A stretch of 64,000 nt of DNA, taken from the NCBI GenBank assembly GCA_942493075.1, contig OW818681.1:5622779-5686778 (forward strand), given 5' to 3'. This stretch comes from an uncultured Verrucomicrobiota bacterium. Lineage in GTDB: Bacteria; Verrucomicrobiota; Verrucomicrobiia; Limisphaerales; UBA8199. Shown here piece by piece: positions 25,654 to 35,249 of the stretch. The position numbers were made by a program, and so were the translations under genes. Under the pieces are notes generated by a model, which worked only from the letters and a program-made list of their open reading frames with translations, had not been told where the DNA came from and did no database searches. Within the stretch, counting starts at the first letter, position 1, and each line of letters starts with the position of its first letter.

Positions 25654-26709
25654 TTAGCAAATGCGCGGAAGCTGCTCCCCGGATGGCATGCTCAAAATTC
25701 GGTCCACCCCTATAGTGCTGCGTAACAAGACCTGACCGGGTGCTCGATCTGTAACTTTGCCAACGACGCTTACGCCAGGGCACTCCGGTCGTAACCGTAA
25801 TGCGGCCAATGCTGCTTCCACGTCCCTCGCGGGCAGGATGATGACGAACCGCCCCTCGCAGGCAACCTGCATGGGATCGAAACCCAGGATCTCACAAGCG
25901 GCCCGCACGTCCTCCCGGACAGGCACCTGGCTTTCGTCCAGGCGCAGCGTCAACCCGCGCGCCTCCGCGATCTCATTCAGCACACTGGTCAGACCTCCCC
26001 GGGTGATGTCTCGCAAACAGTGTAGTTCCACCCCGGATGCGATCAGCGCAGCCACCGCTCCGGCCAGGGGCGCGGAATCGCTGCTAATCTGGCTTTCAAA
26101 TTCGAGTCCCTCTCGGACCGCCATGATCGCCATGCCGTGTCTCCCCACATCGCCGCTAACCAGAATCACATCCCCGGGTTGCACGCTCCCGGGGCCAAGC
26201 TTCAACTTGTGTTCTATCACCCCGATCCCGGCGGTGTTAATGAACAAACCGTCCCCCTTCCCTTTATCAACGACCTTCGTGTCACCGGTGATGATCCGCA
26301 CACCGGCAGCCTCAGCCGCAGCTTGCATTGAGGCCGTCATCTCGCAAAGGGTCGCCATAGGCAATCCCTCCTCAATGATGAATGCCACGCTGAGATAAAG
26401 CGGGCGGGCTCCAGCCATCGCCAGATCATTGACAGTGCCATGAACCGCAAGCGAACCGATGTCACCGCCGGGGAACTTCAAAGGACGCACGACGAAAGAA
26501 TCCGTGGTGAAAGCGATTCGCTGAGCCCCTATTTCCATGACAGCGGCATCGTGCTGGCCATCGAGGAGTGGATTAGCGAACGTCGGCACGATGAGCTTGC
26601 TGATCAGGTCGTGCATGAGTCTGCCCCCGCCCCCGTGCGCCAGCAAAACGCGTGGGTAATCCTGGATTGGAAACGAGCAGGACGGGGTGAATCGAGTCGT
26701 GTCACTCAT
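25654..26709 (-). CDS. hypE: [NiFe]-hydrogenase maturation protein HypE
   Basis: AIR-synthase-like fold ('LLAHGGGG', 'TDSFVV') and the diagnostic C-terminal 'PRIC'. Confidence 0.9.
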   Translation of the reverse strand: MSDTTRFTPSCSFPIQDYPRVLLAHGGGGRLMHDLISKLIVPTFANPLLDGQHDAAVMEIGAQRIAFTTDSFVVRPLKFPGGDIGSLAVHGTVNDLAMAGARPLYLSVAFIIEEGLPMATLCEMTASMQAAAEAAGVRIITGDTKVVDKGKGDGLFINTAGIGVIEHKLKLGPGSVQPGDVILVSGDVGRHGMAIMAVREGLEFESQISSDSAPLAGAVAALIASGVELHCLRDITRGGLTSVLNEIAEARGLTLRLDESQVPVREDVRAACEILGFDPMQVACEGRFVIILPARDVEAALAALRLRPECPGVSVVGKVTDRAPGQVLLRSTIGVDRILSMPSGEQLPRIC

Positions 26710-26715
26710 GAATGA

Positions 26716-27807
26716 TCAGGAGGGTTGTCGGCGATAATTATAATAAGCGGCACAAGCTCCCTCAGCGGAAACCATAGGTGCACCGAGCGGATGGTCGGGA
26801 GTGCAGCGGGCTCCGAACTCGGTACATTGGTTTGGGCGTAGCTTGCCTTGCAGAACCAAGCCGCTCCGACATGCGGTGGGTTCTTCAACCACCATATCCG
26901 TTAAACCAAACTTCCGTTCTGCATCGTATGCCTGGTAGGGAGCGCTAAGTCCCAGACCGCTGCCTGGGATCTCTCCGATGCCGCGCCATTTGCGGGACAC
27001 AATTTGGAAAACCTCACGCATCATGCGTTGCGCCGTGGGGTTGCCCAGGCGCCGCACGGAACGTTGATACTGGTTCTCGACCTCGGCACGACCGCTCTCT
27101 AATTGACGAACGCACATCAGGATGCCCTGCAGGATGTCCACAGGCTCAAATCCCGTAACGACTATGGGCACGCGGTACTTGATGCTTATAGGTATATACT
27201 CTTCATATCCCATGATGGCGCAGACATGGCCTGCTGCCAGAAACGCCTGCACCCGTGTTTCAGGCGCGCTGAGGATTGCCTCGATCGCCGGGGGCACCAG
27301 CACATGAGAAACGAGAAGCGAAAGATTCTTCACTCCTCGCTGAGCCGCTTGGTAAGCCAGCATCGCTGTGGCGGGTGCCGTCGTCTCGAAACCAACGGCA
27401 AAGAACACCACCTCGCGCCCAGGGTTCTGAATCGCAATCTTCAGTGCATCCAGAGGTGAATAGAGTATTCGCACATCCCCGCCAGCGGCGTTAACAGATA
27501 GAAGGTCCTGGGCGCTGCCGGGCACCCGCAGCATGTCGCCGAATGAGCAGAAAATGACCTCTTTGCGCCGTGCGATCTCCAGCGCCTTATCGATGAGTTC
27601 CACCGGTGTAACGCAAACCGGACAGCCGGGACCGTGAATGAGGGTGATATCGGGAGGAAGCAGAGTATCGAGACCAAATTTGACGATGGCATGCGTTTGC
27701 CCCCCGCACACTTCCATGAGAGTCCACGGTTTCGTCGTGATCCGTGCCAGTTCGCCTGCCAATTGGCGGGTGAGTCCGGCGTGACGATATTCATCCACGA
27801 ACCTCAT
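26716..27807 (-). CDS. hypD: [NiFe]-hydrogenase maturation protein HypD
   Basis: 'MRFVDEYR', 'EVCGGQTH', 'GPGCPVCV', 'FAVGFETT' and 'CxxHxxP'-type motifs. Confidence 0.9.
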   Translation of the reverse strand: MRFVDEYRHAGLTRQLAGELARITTKPWTLMEVCGGQTHAIVKFGLDTLLPPDITLIHGPGCPVCVTPVELIDKALEIARRKEVIFCSFGDMLRVPGSAQDLLSVNAAGGDVRILYSPLDALKIAIQNPGREVVFFAVGFETTAPATAMLAYQAAQRGVKNLSLLVSHVLVPPAIEAILSAPETRVQAFLAAGHVCAIMGYEEYIPISIKYRVPIVVTGFEPVDILQGILMCVRQLESGRAEVENQYQRSVRRLGNPTAQRMMREVFQIVSRKWRGIGEIPGSGLGLSAPYQAYDAERKFGLTDMVVEEPTACRSGLVLQGKLRPNQCTEFGARCTPDHPLGAPMVSAEGACAAYYNYRRQPS

Positions 27808-28094
27808 AACGGCCGTTGGGTCGCGGGGGGTGTCGGCGTCGAAGAATCACCTGGGTTCAGGTCATCGAGTTCCTGCATCTTCCTGAGGTACTCGAATACC
27901 TCCTGTGCCTCAGCTTCGTCAACCCGGCTCAGGGCAAACCCAGCATGAACGATGACGTAATCTCCAAGATTGGCTTCGGGCACGTAAGCCAGGCTGACCT
28001 CTTTGAGCACCCCGCCGAAGTCGATCTTGCCGGTGCGAGTGATGGGGTCCTCACCAGTGAGGCTGGCGATTCTGCCTGGAACTGCCAAACACAT
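27804..28094 (-). CDS. hypC: hydrogenase assembly chaperone HypC/HupF family
   Basis: N-terminal 'MCLAVPGRI' with the essential Cys2. The stop overlaps the hypD start by 4 nt. A short Pro-rich C-terminal tail is present. Confidence 0.8.
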   Translation of the reverse strand: MCLAVPGRIASLTGEDPITRTGKIDFGGVLKEVSLAYVPEANLGDYVIVHAGFALSRVDEAEAQEVFEYLRKMQELDDLNPGDSSTPTPPATQRPL

Positions 28095-28166
28095 GCCTTG
28101 AGGTTACACCTCCGCACCTCGCGGAGAAAGAGGATTAAGGTTTCCTTGCGCTATCGGCAGGAATGA

Positions 28167-30362
28167 ATGAAAGTCGCTCACATGTTCCCCGGTCACGACA
28201 TCGGCGCTCAGAAAATCCGCATTCGGAAAGTTAAACACCTGTCCCTGATAGGCGTGCTGATAGCCGTAGCGTGCCTGTGCGAGCATGCGGTCGCCTCGAC
28301 CGAACCTCATCATTCGCCTGCCCTCCCGGCGGTTCAGGCGAGTACCAATACATTTCCCGGGGCGCACTGGGGTAAAGTTGCCCAACCGGAGGACGCGGGC
28401 TGGTCGTCTACAAAACTCGCCCTTGCGCAAAACTACGGGAACGAAATCGGGTCGGTCGCAGTGGTTATTGTAAACCACGGACAAATCGTTTCAGAGTGGG
28501 GGGAAACAGCAGAACGGTTCAACGTGCATTCCATCCGCAAAAGCTTCATCAGCGCGTTGTACGGAATTTTCGTGAGCGAGGGAAAGATCGACCTGAACGC
28601 CACAATGGCCGAGCTGGAAATCGATGATAACGAACCCCGTCTGACCGTCGTGGAGAAGCAGGCCACTGTGCTGGACCTGCTCAAAGCGCGCTCGGGAGTT
28701 TATCACCCGGCACTTTACGAAACGGAGGGGATGAAGAAGACCCGGCCGCTCCGCGGCAGCCACCCTCCTCGCACCTTCTGGTATTACAATAACTGGGACT
28801 TCAATGTGCTGGGCACCGCACTTGAAAAACGCACGGGCCAGAGCGTGTTCAAGGCGTTCCAACAGCGGATTGCATTGCCGATTGGCATGGAGGATTTCCG
28901 GCTTGAAGACACCGGGTATGTGCGCGGTGAAGATTCGATTCACCCGGCCTACCCCTTTCGGATGACGGCCCGTGACATGGCGCGGTTCGGGTTGCTCGTC
29001 GCGCGCGAGGGGCAGTGGCGCGGAAAGCAGATCATTCCCTCCGACTGGGTCGCCGCGAGCACCACCACTTACTCCCCTGCCCCTGCAGGAACCACCGGCT
29101 ACGGTTATCTATGGTGGACTGAAGTTTACGGACGGCATCTTGAGAATGTGGACCTTCCAAAAGGCAGCTTTTCCGGGCGTGGCGCCGGAGGGCACTTCAT
29201 CCTGGTGGTGCCGTCGCGGGACCTTGTCATCGTGCATCGCGTCGATACCGACAAGAGGAACGGCCCCAGGGTGGACAATAGGCAGTTTGGAACCTTGGTA
29301 AAACTCATCCTCGAAGCGATGCCGACCGGGGCAAAGCCGGATCAAGCCCACTCTCGAGCTCTTTCCCTGCCGCAAAGTCTCGATACGCTCGTCCCCTCCC
29401 TGATGAAGAAACACCACGTTCCGGGGGTATCGATCGTGGGACTGGAAAATCGTCGCATCGCATGGGAACGCCAGTATGGCGTTTGCCGGGCGGGCGCGCC
29501 GCAGCGCGTGAACACCCGGACAATCTTTGAGGCCGCCTCCATGAGCAAGCTGCCCGCGAGCTACCTGGCATTGAAGCTGGTTGAACAAGGGAAACTCGAT
29601 CTGGACCGTCCCTTGTATCAATACCTCGATGAGCCCTACCTGACCAACGAACCCTTGCACCTCAGGATCACCGCGCGCATGGTTCTGTCCCACACCACGG
29701 GATTTCCCAACTGGCGAAAGGACGGTTGGCTCAAAGGCGGTCCGCTGACTGTGCTGGCGGAGCCCGGCACGAAATTCAGCTACTCCGGCGAGGGCTTCAC
29801 TTACTTGCAGCGGGTCATTGAACATATCACCGGCGAGTCCTTTGAGCGCTACGTAAGACGAACCCTTTTCGAACCGCTGGGAATTACCGCCGGCAGCTAC
29901 ACCTGGCAAAACGATTTCGAGAAAATGGCCGCCTTTGGACATGACGCCAGCGGCAAGCTCGTTGAAAATCGGAGCCTCTACACCAGAGCCAACACAGCGT
30001 ATTCCTTATATTGCTCCCCTATGGAATACGCACTGTTTCTGGAAGAGATGCTCCGATCGGACCGCTCCGCTCCGCAGTCACTGTCGGCAACGTCCATTGA
30101 GGCCATGCTCAGGCGCACGACAGAGGCGGTGGGCCGCAAGCCCATCTCTCGTGGTGGCCAACTACCCACCGGGCCGACCTATTACGGGCTGGGTTGGGCG
30201 CTCGACTCGACGGCTTCAGGCGACAAGATTTTCCACAGCGGCTCGAACAGAGGTTTCCGCTGCTACTGTGAGTTTGACCCGCAACGTGGCTCTGGAATCG
30301 TCATCATGACAAACGGCGAAGCGGGCGCCGAACTCTGGCAGGAGTTGATCGCATCTCTTTAG
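28167..30362 (+). CDS. secreted protein with two tandem serine-hydrolase (beta-lactamase/PBP-like, SxxK) domains
   Basis: Signal peptide (LSLIGVLIAVACLC). First SxxK in 'HSIRKSF', second in 'ASMSKLP'. Both halves carry 'YSN/YSG' and 'GxGG/HSGS'-type downstream motifs. Confidence 0.8.
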   Translation: MKVAHMFPGHDIGAQKIRIRKVKHLSLIGVLIAVACLCEHAVASTEPHHSPALPAVQASTNTFPGAHWGKVAQPEDAGWSSTKLALAQNYGNEIGSVAVVIVNHGQIVSEWGETAERFNVHSIRKSFISALYGIFVSEGKIDLNATMAELEIDDNEPRLTVVEKQATVLDLLKARSGVYHPALYETEGMKKTRPLRGSHPPRTFWYYNNWDFNVLGTALEKRTGQSVFKAFQQRIALPIGMEDFRLEDTGYVRGEDSIHPAYPFRMTARDMARFGLLVAREGQWRGKQIIPSDWVAASTTTYSPAPAGTTGYGYLWWTEVYGRHLENVDLPKGSFSGRGAGGHFILVVPSRDLVIVHRVDTDKRNGPRVDNRQFGTLVKLILEAMPTGAKPDQAHSRALSLPQSLDTLVPSLMKKHHVPGVSIVGLENRRIAWERQYGVCRAGAPQRVNTRTIFEAASMSKLPASYLALKLVEQGKLDLDRPLYQYLDEPYLTNEPLHLRITARMVLSHTTGFPNWRKDGWLKGGPLTVLAEPGTKFSYSGEGFTYLQRVIEHITGESFERYVRRTLFEPLGITAGSYTWQNDFEKMAAFGHDASGKLVENRSLYTRANTAYSLYCSPMEYALFLEEMLRSDRSAPQSLSATSIEAMLRRTTEAVGRKPISRGGQLPTGPTYYGLGWALDSTASGDKIFHSGSNRGFRCYCEFDPQRGSGIVIMTNGEAGAELWQELIASL

Positions 30363-30403
30363 CTGCGGGAGATCGCGCAACCAGAATGGTTGCCAAATAG
30401 TAG

Positions 30404-30447
30404 CCGGAGGTCGGAACAAAGTGGAGACCTCCGGTCAGGTCCGGAGG
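30404..30447. repeat. three-part mutually exclusive hairpin (A:B or B:C)
   Basis: A is CCGGAGGTC (30404-12), B is GACCTCCGG (30426-34) and C is CCGGAGG (30441-47). B can pair with either A or C. A fourth copy, CCGACCTCCGG, lies at 30812-30822. Confidence 0.7.
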
Positions 30448-30619
30448 AAATAGCACCCCAACGAGGGGTGCCAGAAACTTCGTTGCCTTCGCGCCCTTGG
30501 GGGACGACGGCCAATTCTGCGGAACATCCTATTCCCGAGCTCTGAAGGAGCGGCAACCCATAAGCCCAGGGACAGGCCGCAAGGCCGCCGCCCTGGGTAG
30601 AGAAGACGTAGAGGAAGAA

Positions 30620-30676
30620 CCTCATTCTCCTCTTGGTTTGGCGCTTCAGAGGCGCCAAACCAAGAGGAGAATGAGG
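30620..30676. repeat. perfect 25-bp-stem palindrome (hairpin), 7-nt loop
   Basis: CCTCATTCTCCTCTTGGTTTGGCGC-ttcagag-GCGCCAAACCAAGAGGAGAATGAGG, located in a 704-bp non-coding gap. Confidence 0.9.
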
Positions 30677-30695
30677 AGGAATTATTTGGTGCGCC

Positions 30696-30726
30696 CCCCG
30701 GGTAGCGACTGCGTCGCAACCCGGGG
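30696..30726. repeat. 14-bp-stem hairpin (one mismatch), 3-nt loop
   Basis: CCCCGGGTAGCGAC-tgc-GTCGCAACCCGGGG, located 20 nt after the 25-bp palindrome. Confidence 0.8.
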
Positions 30727-31066
30727 CTTTGGGGCACAATCCCGTTGGGATTGAGGAATGAGGAACACCTAGACTCGCGGTCCTCGAACCTCCGCGTGAC
30801 TTCCTGGGACGCCGACCTCCGGTCTCCGGCCCCATCCTTCAACCTTCAACACGAAACCTTCAACTCTTTCCGGCTCATCGCTGTTTCAGCGCTTGGGATG
30901 ACAAAATGGGACGCGCCCGGTGGGGACACCGGGCCTACAACACCGAGGCCATGGTATCGTGCTCGTAGTGCCGCATGAGCCTGGCATGGAGAGCTTGGTA
31001 AATTATCCGTTGGTTCCGTGCCCGGCCTGAATTGACTTAGCTCCGTGGCGGCTTCATATTTCGCGC

Positions 31067-31828
31067 ATGGATAACGACATTTCGAAGTTACTGGACGACT
31101 GGGAATACCAGCCGGGGCAGGTCGTTGTCCGGAAGTTCATGGGCAAAGATGGCCAGGAAAAGCTGCAGTTGCGCGTGGATCTAGGTCTGCTGCAAATGAA
31201 TGTGGAAGGCCGCCCGGACGGAAAGCGGCCATTTGGTCATGAATCGCTGTTTGATTATTATCAGGGCCGGCTCCTGCGCTATATCACCGAGCACGGCGGC
31301 AGCGATGAAGGTTTTAAACTGACGGGTGAGGACTGCGCCAAGTTGCAGATCGAAGCGCTGCAGTTTCACCACCGTTATATTTGCCTGCTCCAATTGGAGG
31401 ATTACCCGCTGGTTGTACGCGATGCTGAGCGCAACCTGGCGGTGTTCAATTTTGTGGCGAAATACGCGGAGTCCGAGGAAGTCGCTTGGGCGCTCCGGCA
31501 ATTTGAGCCGCAGTTGCTCATGATTTTGGTCCGCGCGCGAGCCTCCGAGGCCTTGGAGCGGTCAGATTATTCCCTGGCCATTCAACTGGTCGAGGATGGC
31601 GTGGATCGCATTCGCCAGTTCTTCCGTGAGAGCCCGCGTCCCGAGGCAGCCGAGCAAAGCGGTGAGATTCAGTCCCTGGAAACCTGGCTGGTAGAAATCC
31701 GCGATCAACGCCCGCTTTCCAAGCGTGAGCAGCTTGAGCGTGCCTTGCAGGAAGCGGTAAAAAGCGAGGACTACGAGAAAGCCGCGCGCGTGCGTGACCA
31801 ACTCAAGGCATTGCCCTCAGGAGACTGA
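31067..31828 (+). CDS. conserved hypothetical protein with C-terminal UVR (UvrB/UvrC-type) motif
   Basis: 253 aa. The C-terminal 'SEDYEKAARVRDQLKAL' is the UVR helical-hairpin motif. The rest is helical with no recognised family. Confidence 0.6.
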   Translation: MDNDISKLLDDWEYQPGQVVVRKFMGKDGQEKLQLRVDLGLLQMNVEGRPDGKRPFGHESLFDYYQGRLLRYITEHGGSDEGFKLTGEDCAKLQIEALQFHHRYICLLQLEDYPLVVRDAERNLAVFNFVAKYAESEEVAWALRQFEPQLLMILVRARASEALERSDYSLAIQLVEDGVDRIRQFFRESPRPEAAEQSGEIQSLETWLVEIRDQRPLSKREQLERALQEAVKSEDYEKAARVRDQLKALPSGD

Positions 31829-31838
31829 ATACCCGGGT

Positions 31839-32282
31839 TTATTTTTGGGGATAAATCTGGTAGAGCAGCAGGTAGATCAACACACCGGTGATCGACACAT
31901 AAATCCACAGGGGCCAGGTCCAGCGTGCGATTTTGCGATGGGATTCCCACCGGCCTTTGATAGCGCGCCAGATTGTCATGAGCACCAGGGGAACAATGGC
32001 TGCCGCCAGGACGGTGTGGGACAGGAGAAGGGCCAGATAATACGGCCGGAACGATGCTGGCTCTCGAAACACCGTAGGCCCTTGTTTGAGCACATAGCCC
32101 ACATAGGTGTGGTAAGTGAGGTAGCAGACCAGGAACAGAGCCGAAGTGCAGAAAGCGGCAACCATGCAGCGCCGGTGAGCTTCTGTGTTCTTTCTTTTGA
32201 TGAAATAATAGCCCGCCAGCAGGAACAATGTGCATAGCCCGTTCAGCGAGGCATTGACCGCTGGCAAATCCATCACGCTCAT
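31839..32282 (-). CDS. DUF420 family membrane protein (cytochrome oxidase-associated)
   Basis: 147 aa with four TM helices. 'LPAVNASLNGLCTLFLLAGYYFIKRKNTEAHRRCMVAAF...FLVCYLTYH' matches my recollection of DUF420. A 4-nt overlap with the SCO1 gene suggests co-transcription. Confidence 0.6.
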   Translation of the reverse strand: MSVMDLPAVNASLNGLCTLFLLAGYYFIKRKNTEAHRRCMVAAFCTSALFLVCYLTYHTYVGYVLKQGPTVFREPASFRPYYLALLLSHTVLAAAIVPLVLMTIWRAIKGRWESHRKIARWTWPLWIYVSITGVLIYLLLYQIYPQK

Positions 32283-32929
32283 CGCTCACGCTCCAGTTTT
32301 CTGGCGCTGGCCAGTAGTTTCCGCATCACATCCGGCGTGCTGACATTATCACCGGTGGTTTCGAACACTCCCCGAATGCGCGCCTGCTTATCCACCAGAA
32401 TGAATATCGTGCTGTGAATGAACAGATCTTCGGGCGCTGTCCGTTCGCCAGCTTTCTTCTCGATGGCGGTGAACTTCAGGGAATCCACAGCTAGAGCCGC
32501 GATTTGCCGCTTGCTGCCAGTTAGGAACACCCAGCGTGCGGGGTCGGCTTTAAAACGCTCGGCATAACGCGCCAGCACCTCCGGCGTGTCAAACTCTGGA
32601 TCGGTTGTCAGGGTCACCAGCTTGATGTCCGTACCGGCCAACTGGTCCTGCAAAGACTTCATGTTCCGCGTCATGAAAGGGCAAGGTCCGGCGCATCGGG
32701 TAAAAATGATGTCCGCAATCCAAACGTTGCCTTTTAGATCACCCAAACCGGAGGGCTTCCCGAACTGGTTGGTCAGGGTGAAGCCCGCTACGGTTCCATA
32801 AACGGGGAGCCGGCCTGCCGCCGGGTTGCGCTGCAAACCGACGAGCAGGAAGGCCATTACCAGCAAAAGCACAGTGATGCCCAGGCCCAGCCAGATCATC
32901 CATTGAATACGGCGTCCAGGCTGATTCAT
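32279..32929 (-). CDS. SCO1/SenC family copper chaperone (thioredoxin fold)
   Basis: N-terminal TM anchor, the CxxxC motif in 'FTRCAGPCP', and a downstream conserved His ('IHSTIF'). Confidence 0.8.
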   Translation of the reverse strand: MNQPGRRIQWMIWLGLGITVLLLVMAFLLVGLQRNPAAGRLPVYGTVAGFTLTNQFGKPSGLGDLKGNVWIADIIFTRCAGPCPFMTRNMKSLQDQLAGTDIKLVTLTTDPEFDTPEVLARYAERFKADPARWVFLTGSKRQIAALAVDSLKFTAIEKKAGERTAPEDLFIHSTIFILVDKQARIRGVFETTGDNVSTPDVMRKLLASARKLERER

Positions 32930-33050
32930 AGAAACATGTTACGTGTGTGCCCGCGGCTAATGATCATCGCGCGCTATACTAAGCTGGCTACGAGGTGATT
33001 TCAACCGGCAAGGATTGCTGTCGTCGAACTGTCTGCTAACTTTGCGTGGG

Positions 33051-34349
33051 ATGAATGCCGTACTCCTGGAGATTTTCATTATCACCGTGCTGCTTCTGGG
33101 CAACGGCGTTTTCGCGATGACTGAAATCGCAGTAGTTACAGCTCGCAAAGGGCGGCTGCGCAGCCTGGCTGACGCCGGAGATCGCCGCGCGCAAGCGGCT
33201 CTGGAATTGCTGGAGTCGCCCAACCGGTTCTTCTCGACCGTGCAGGTAGGAATCACGCTGGTCGGTGTGCTGGCGGGTGCCTTTGGCGGTGCAACGGTTG
33301 CCCGAGTGGTCAGCGGCGGACTCAAGCAGTTCCCGCTGCTGGCGCCGTATGCCGATTTCCTGGCAATCGGTTTGGTAGTGGTGATGATCACGTACTTCTC
33401 CCTGATCATTGGTGAGCTGGTTCCCAAACGTTTGGCGATGACCAATCCCGAAGCCATTGCGCGCTTCATGGCGCGCCCCATGCTCCGGCTTTCACAGTTG
33501 GCCAGCCCCGTGGTGCGGCTGTTGAGCTTCTCCACAGAGACGGTGTTGCGAATCCTGCGTGTCCGGCCAAACCAGGGAGCAACGGTCTCGGAAGAGGAAA
33601 TCAAAGGGCTGGTGCAAGAAGGAGTCAAAGCCGGGGTGCTGAATAATGTCGAGTCGCGCATGGTTGAAAGCGTGCTGGCGCTGGATCACCTGCCCGTGCG
33701 AGACATCATGACTCCACGTGCGAAGATCATGCTGTTGCGCAAGGATGATGCGCATGAGTATGTCTGGCATAAGATCGTGGTCAGCGGCCATTCCGAATTC
33801 CCATTGTGCGATGCCAATCGCGATCACATTTTGGGCATCGTATCGGTCAAGGCGATCTATGCGCACCTGGCAGCGGGCATCCCGGTGCGGCTGACGGATC
33901 TGGCCGAGACCCCGCTCGTGGTCCCAAGCGTTCAACCAGTCCTGCGCCTGTTGGAAAGCTTCCGCCAATCCCGCAAGACCATCGCTCTGGTTGCTGACGA
34001 ATTCGGCGCAATCGTGGGCCTGGTTACTATGCACGATGTGCTGGAAGCGATCACTGGCGAAATACCCTCGCGCGAAGAGCGCAGCAAACCGCGCGTGCGC
34101 CACAGGGAGGATGGCTCCTGGCTGGTCGATGGTTTGATGGAAATCGAAGCACTGGAGCGGAAGATACCCGGCTTGCGGTTCCCCCGGGCAGAAGCAGCGC
34201 AATATCAGACTCTCGGCGGCTTCCTGCTGGCACAATTCTCCCGTGTCCCGGCTGAAAACGAAGCGCTGGACTGGAATGGGTTCCGCTTTGAGGTCATCGA
34301 CATGGACCAACTGCGGATCGACAAGGTCCTGATCACAAAGAAGCCCTAG
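33051..34349 (+). CDS. CNNM/TlyC-type hemolysin-family protein (DUF21 + CBS pair + CorC_HlyC)
   Basis: DUF21 opening 'LLGNGVFAMTEIAVVTARK', 'IGELVPKRLA', CBS region 'VRDIMTPR', and C-terminal 'DEFGAIVGLVTMHDVLEAITGEI'. Start set at ATG 33051. Confidence 0.85.
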   Translation: MNAVLLEIFIITVLLLGNGVFAMTEIAVVTARKGRLRSLADAGDRRAQAALELLESPNRFFSTVQVGITLVGVLAGAFGGATVARVVSGGLKQFPLLAPYADFLAIGLVVVMITYFSLIIGELVPKRLAMTNPEAIARFMARPMLRLSQLASPVVRLLSFSTETVLRILRVRPNQGATVSEEEIKGLVQEGVKAGVLNNVESRMVESVLALDHLPVRDIMTPRAKIMLLRKDDAHEYVWHKIVVSGHSEFPLCDANRDHILGIVSVKAIYAHLAAGIPVRLTDLAETPLVVPSVQPVLRLLESFRQSRKTIALVADEFGAIVGLVTMHDVLEAITGEIPSREERSKPRVRHREDGSWLVDGLMEIEALERKIPGLRFPRAEAAQYQTLGGFLLAQFSRVPAENEALDWNGFRFEVIDMDQLRIDKVLITKKP

Positions 34350-34364
34350 GACGCCAGCCAGCTA

Positions 34365-35249
34365 CTATTTCAACCGCAATTCGGCAATTACGGGATTGTG
34401 ATCCGAGGCGATTGAGGCATCACGCAGGACTTGCGCCGATACAACCTCAAACTCAGAAGAGACGAAGATGTAATCAATCGCAATGCGCGGATTAGGACCA
34501 CCCGGGAAACTCTTGCGCATCTCGGGGCTCGTTCCAACCACATCGAGCGTGTCCTGGAATTGCTTCCGCAACTGGCCCACGGCAGCTTCGCTCGGTTCCG
34601 CGTTGAAATCGCCCATCAGGATCTTAGGACCCTGATAACCGGCGGTAATTTCGGCGATCTGGGCGATCTGTCGTTCCCTCTGGTCTTCCGTTAATCCCAG
34701 GTGCGTGACAAAAACATGAACAGCACGGCCTTGGATGAACACAGGCGCGTATAGCAGCACACGTTGTTCGCTGTAGTAATCGGGGTATTCGGGATGGCTT
34801 TGGCGATAGTCAGGCTTGTACAACGGAAACCGCCTCATCGCGAGCACCGAGTGTCGGCTCAGCAGGGCGACACCATATTCCTCTGCGGGCGCTCCTTCCA
34901 CAGGCACCGTATAAGCCGGTGCAAAAGCCGCATTCATTTTTAACTTCTCCTTGAGCAACTCAGGCTGATCCATCTTCGCCGAACGTGGACGAAACCGATC
35001 CACCTCCTGCAAGCCGGCCAGGTCAGGCTGCCGGGACGCGATCACCACCGCAGCCGGTTCCAGGCTAAACACCTTCGGGTCGGACGGCCAGTCGCCCCCG
35101 CCTGCACCGATGCGGATGTTATAGGACATGACTTTGATGGTCGGCGCGGCCTGACGGTCCGGTGTCCGGCAGCCGATGGCCAAAAGCGCCAGTGCGCCTG
35201 TCAAACCAAGCAATGTCGTCCACCCTGAGGTTCGCTGTGAAATGCGCAT
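34365..35249 (-). CDS. endonuclease/exonuclease/phosphatase (EEP) family lipoprotein
   Basis: Lipobox 'LLAIGC'. 'IKVMSYNIR', 'GLQEV', 'GDFN' and a C-terminal 'SDHNPV' are the EEP catalytic motifs. Confidence 0.8.
   Translation of the reverse strand: MRISQRTSGWTTLLGLTGALALLAIGCRTPDRQAAPTIKVMSYNIRIGAGGGDWPSDPKVFSLEPAAVVIASRQPDLAGLQEVDRFRPRSAKMDQPELLKEKLKMNAAFAPAYTVPVEGAPAEEYGVALLSRHSVLAMRRFPLYKPDYRQSHPEYPDYYSEQRVLLYAPVFIQGRAVHVFVTHLGLTEDQRERQIAQIAEITAGYQGPKILMGDFNAEPSEAAVGQLRKQFQDTLDVVGTSPEMRKSFPGGPNPRIAIDYIFVSSEFEVVSAQVLRDASIASDHNPVIAELRLK

Noticed and set aside
28104-28484. Minus-strand 126-aa ORF spanning the hypC / serine-hydrolase divergent region.
   Set aside because: It overlaps the signal-peptide-encoding start of the 731-aa hydrolase gene, is R-rich and carries no motif. 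It is most likely spurious.
30433-30456. SRP (4.5S/ffs) RNA: a 13-nt identity (GGTCAGGTCCGGA) with the conserved domain IV core, followed by GGAA..AGCA.
   Set aside because: The GGAA tetraloop is one base short. The 3' 'AGCA' is displaced. I could not pair the 5' and 3' flanks into the long helix 5/8, and the 13-mer is also explained by the local CCTCCGG/CCGGAGG inverted repeat. It is not called as a feature, but cmsearch with RF00169 should be run because a 13-mer match is unlikely by chance.
30359-30842. Minus-strand ORFs 30359..30835 (158 aa) and 30435..30842 (135 aa), and plus-strand ORFs 30497..30754 and 30745..30978, in the non-coding island.
   Set aside because: Their translations are G/R/P/S-rich and partly mirror each other because of the palindromes. 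They stay open only because the hairpin-rich GC sequence lacks stop codons.
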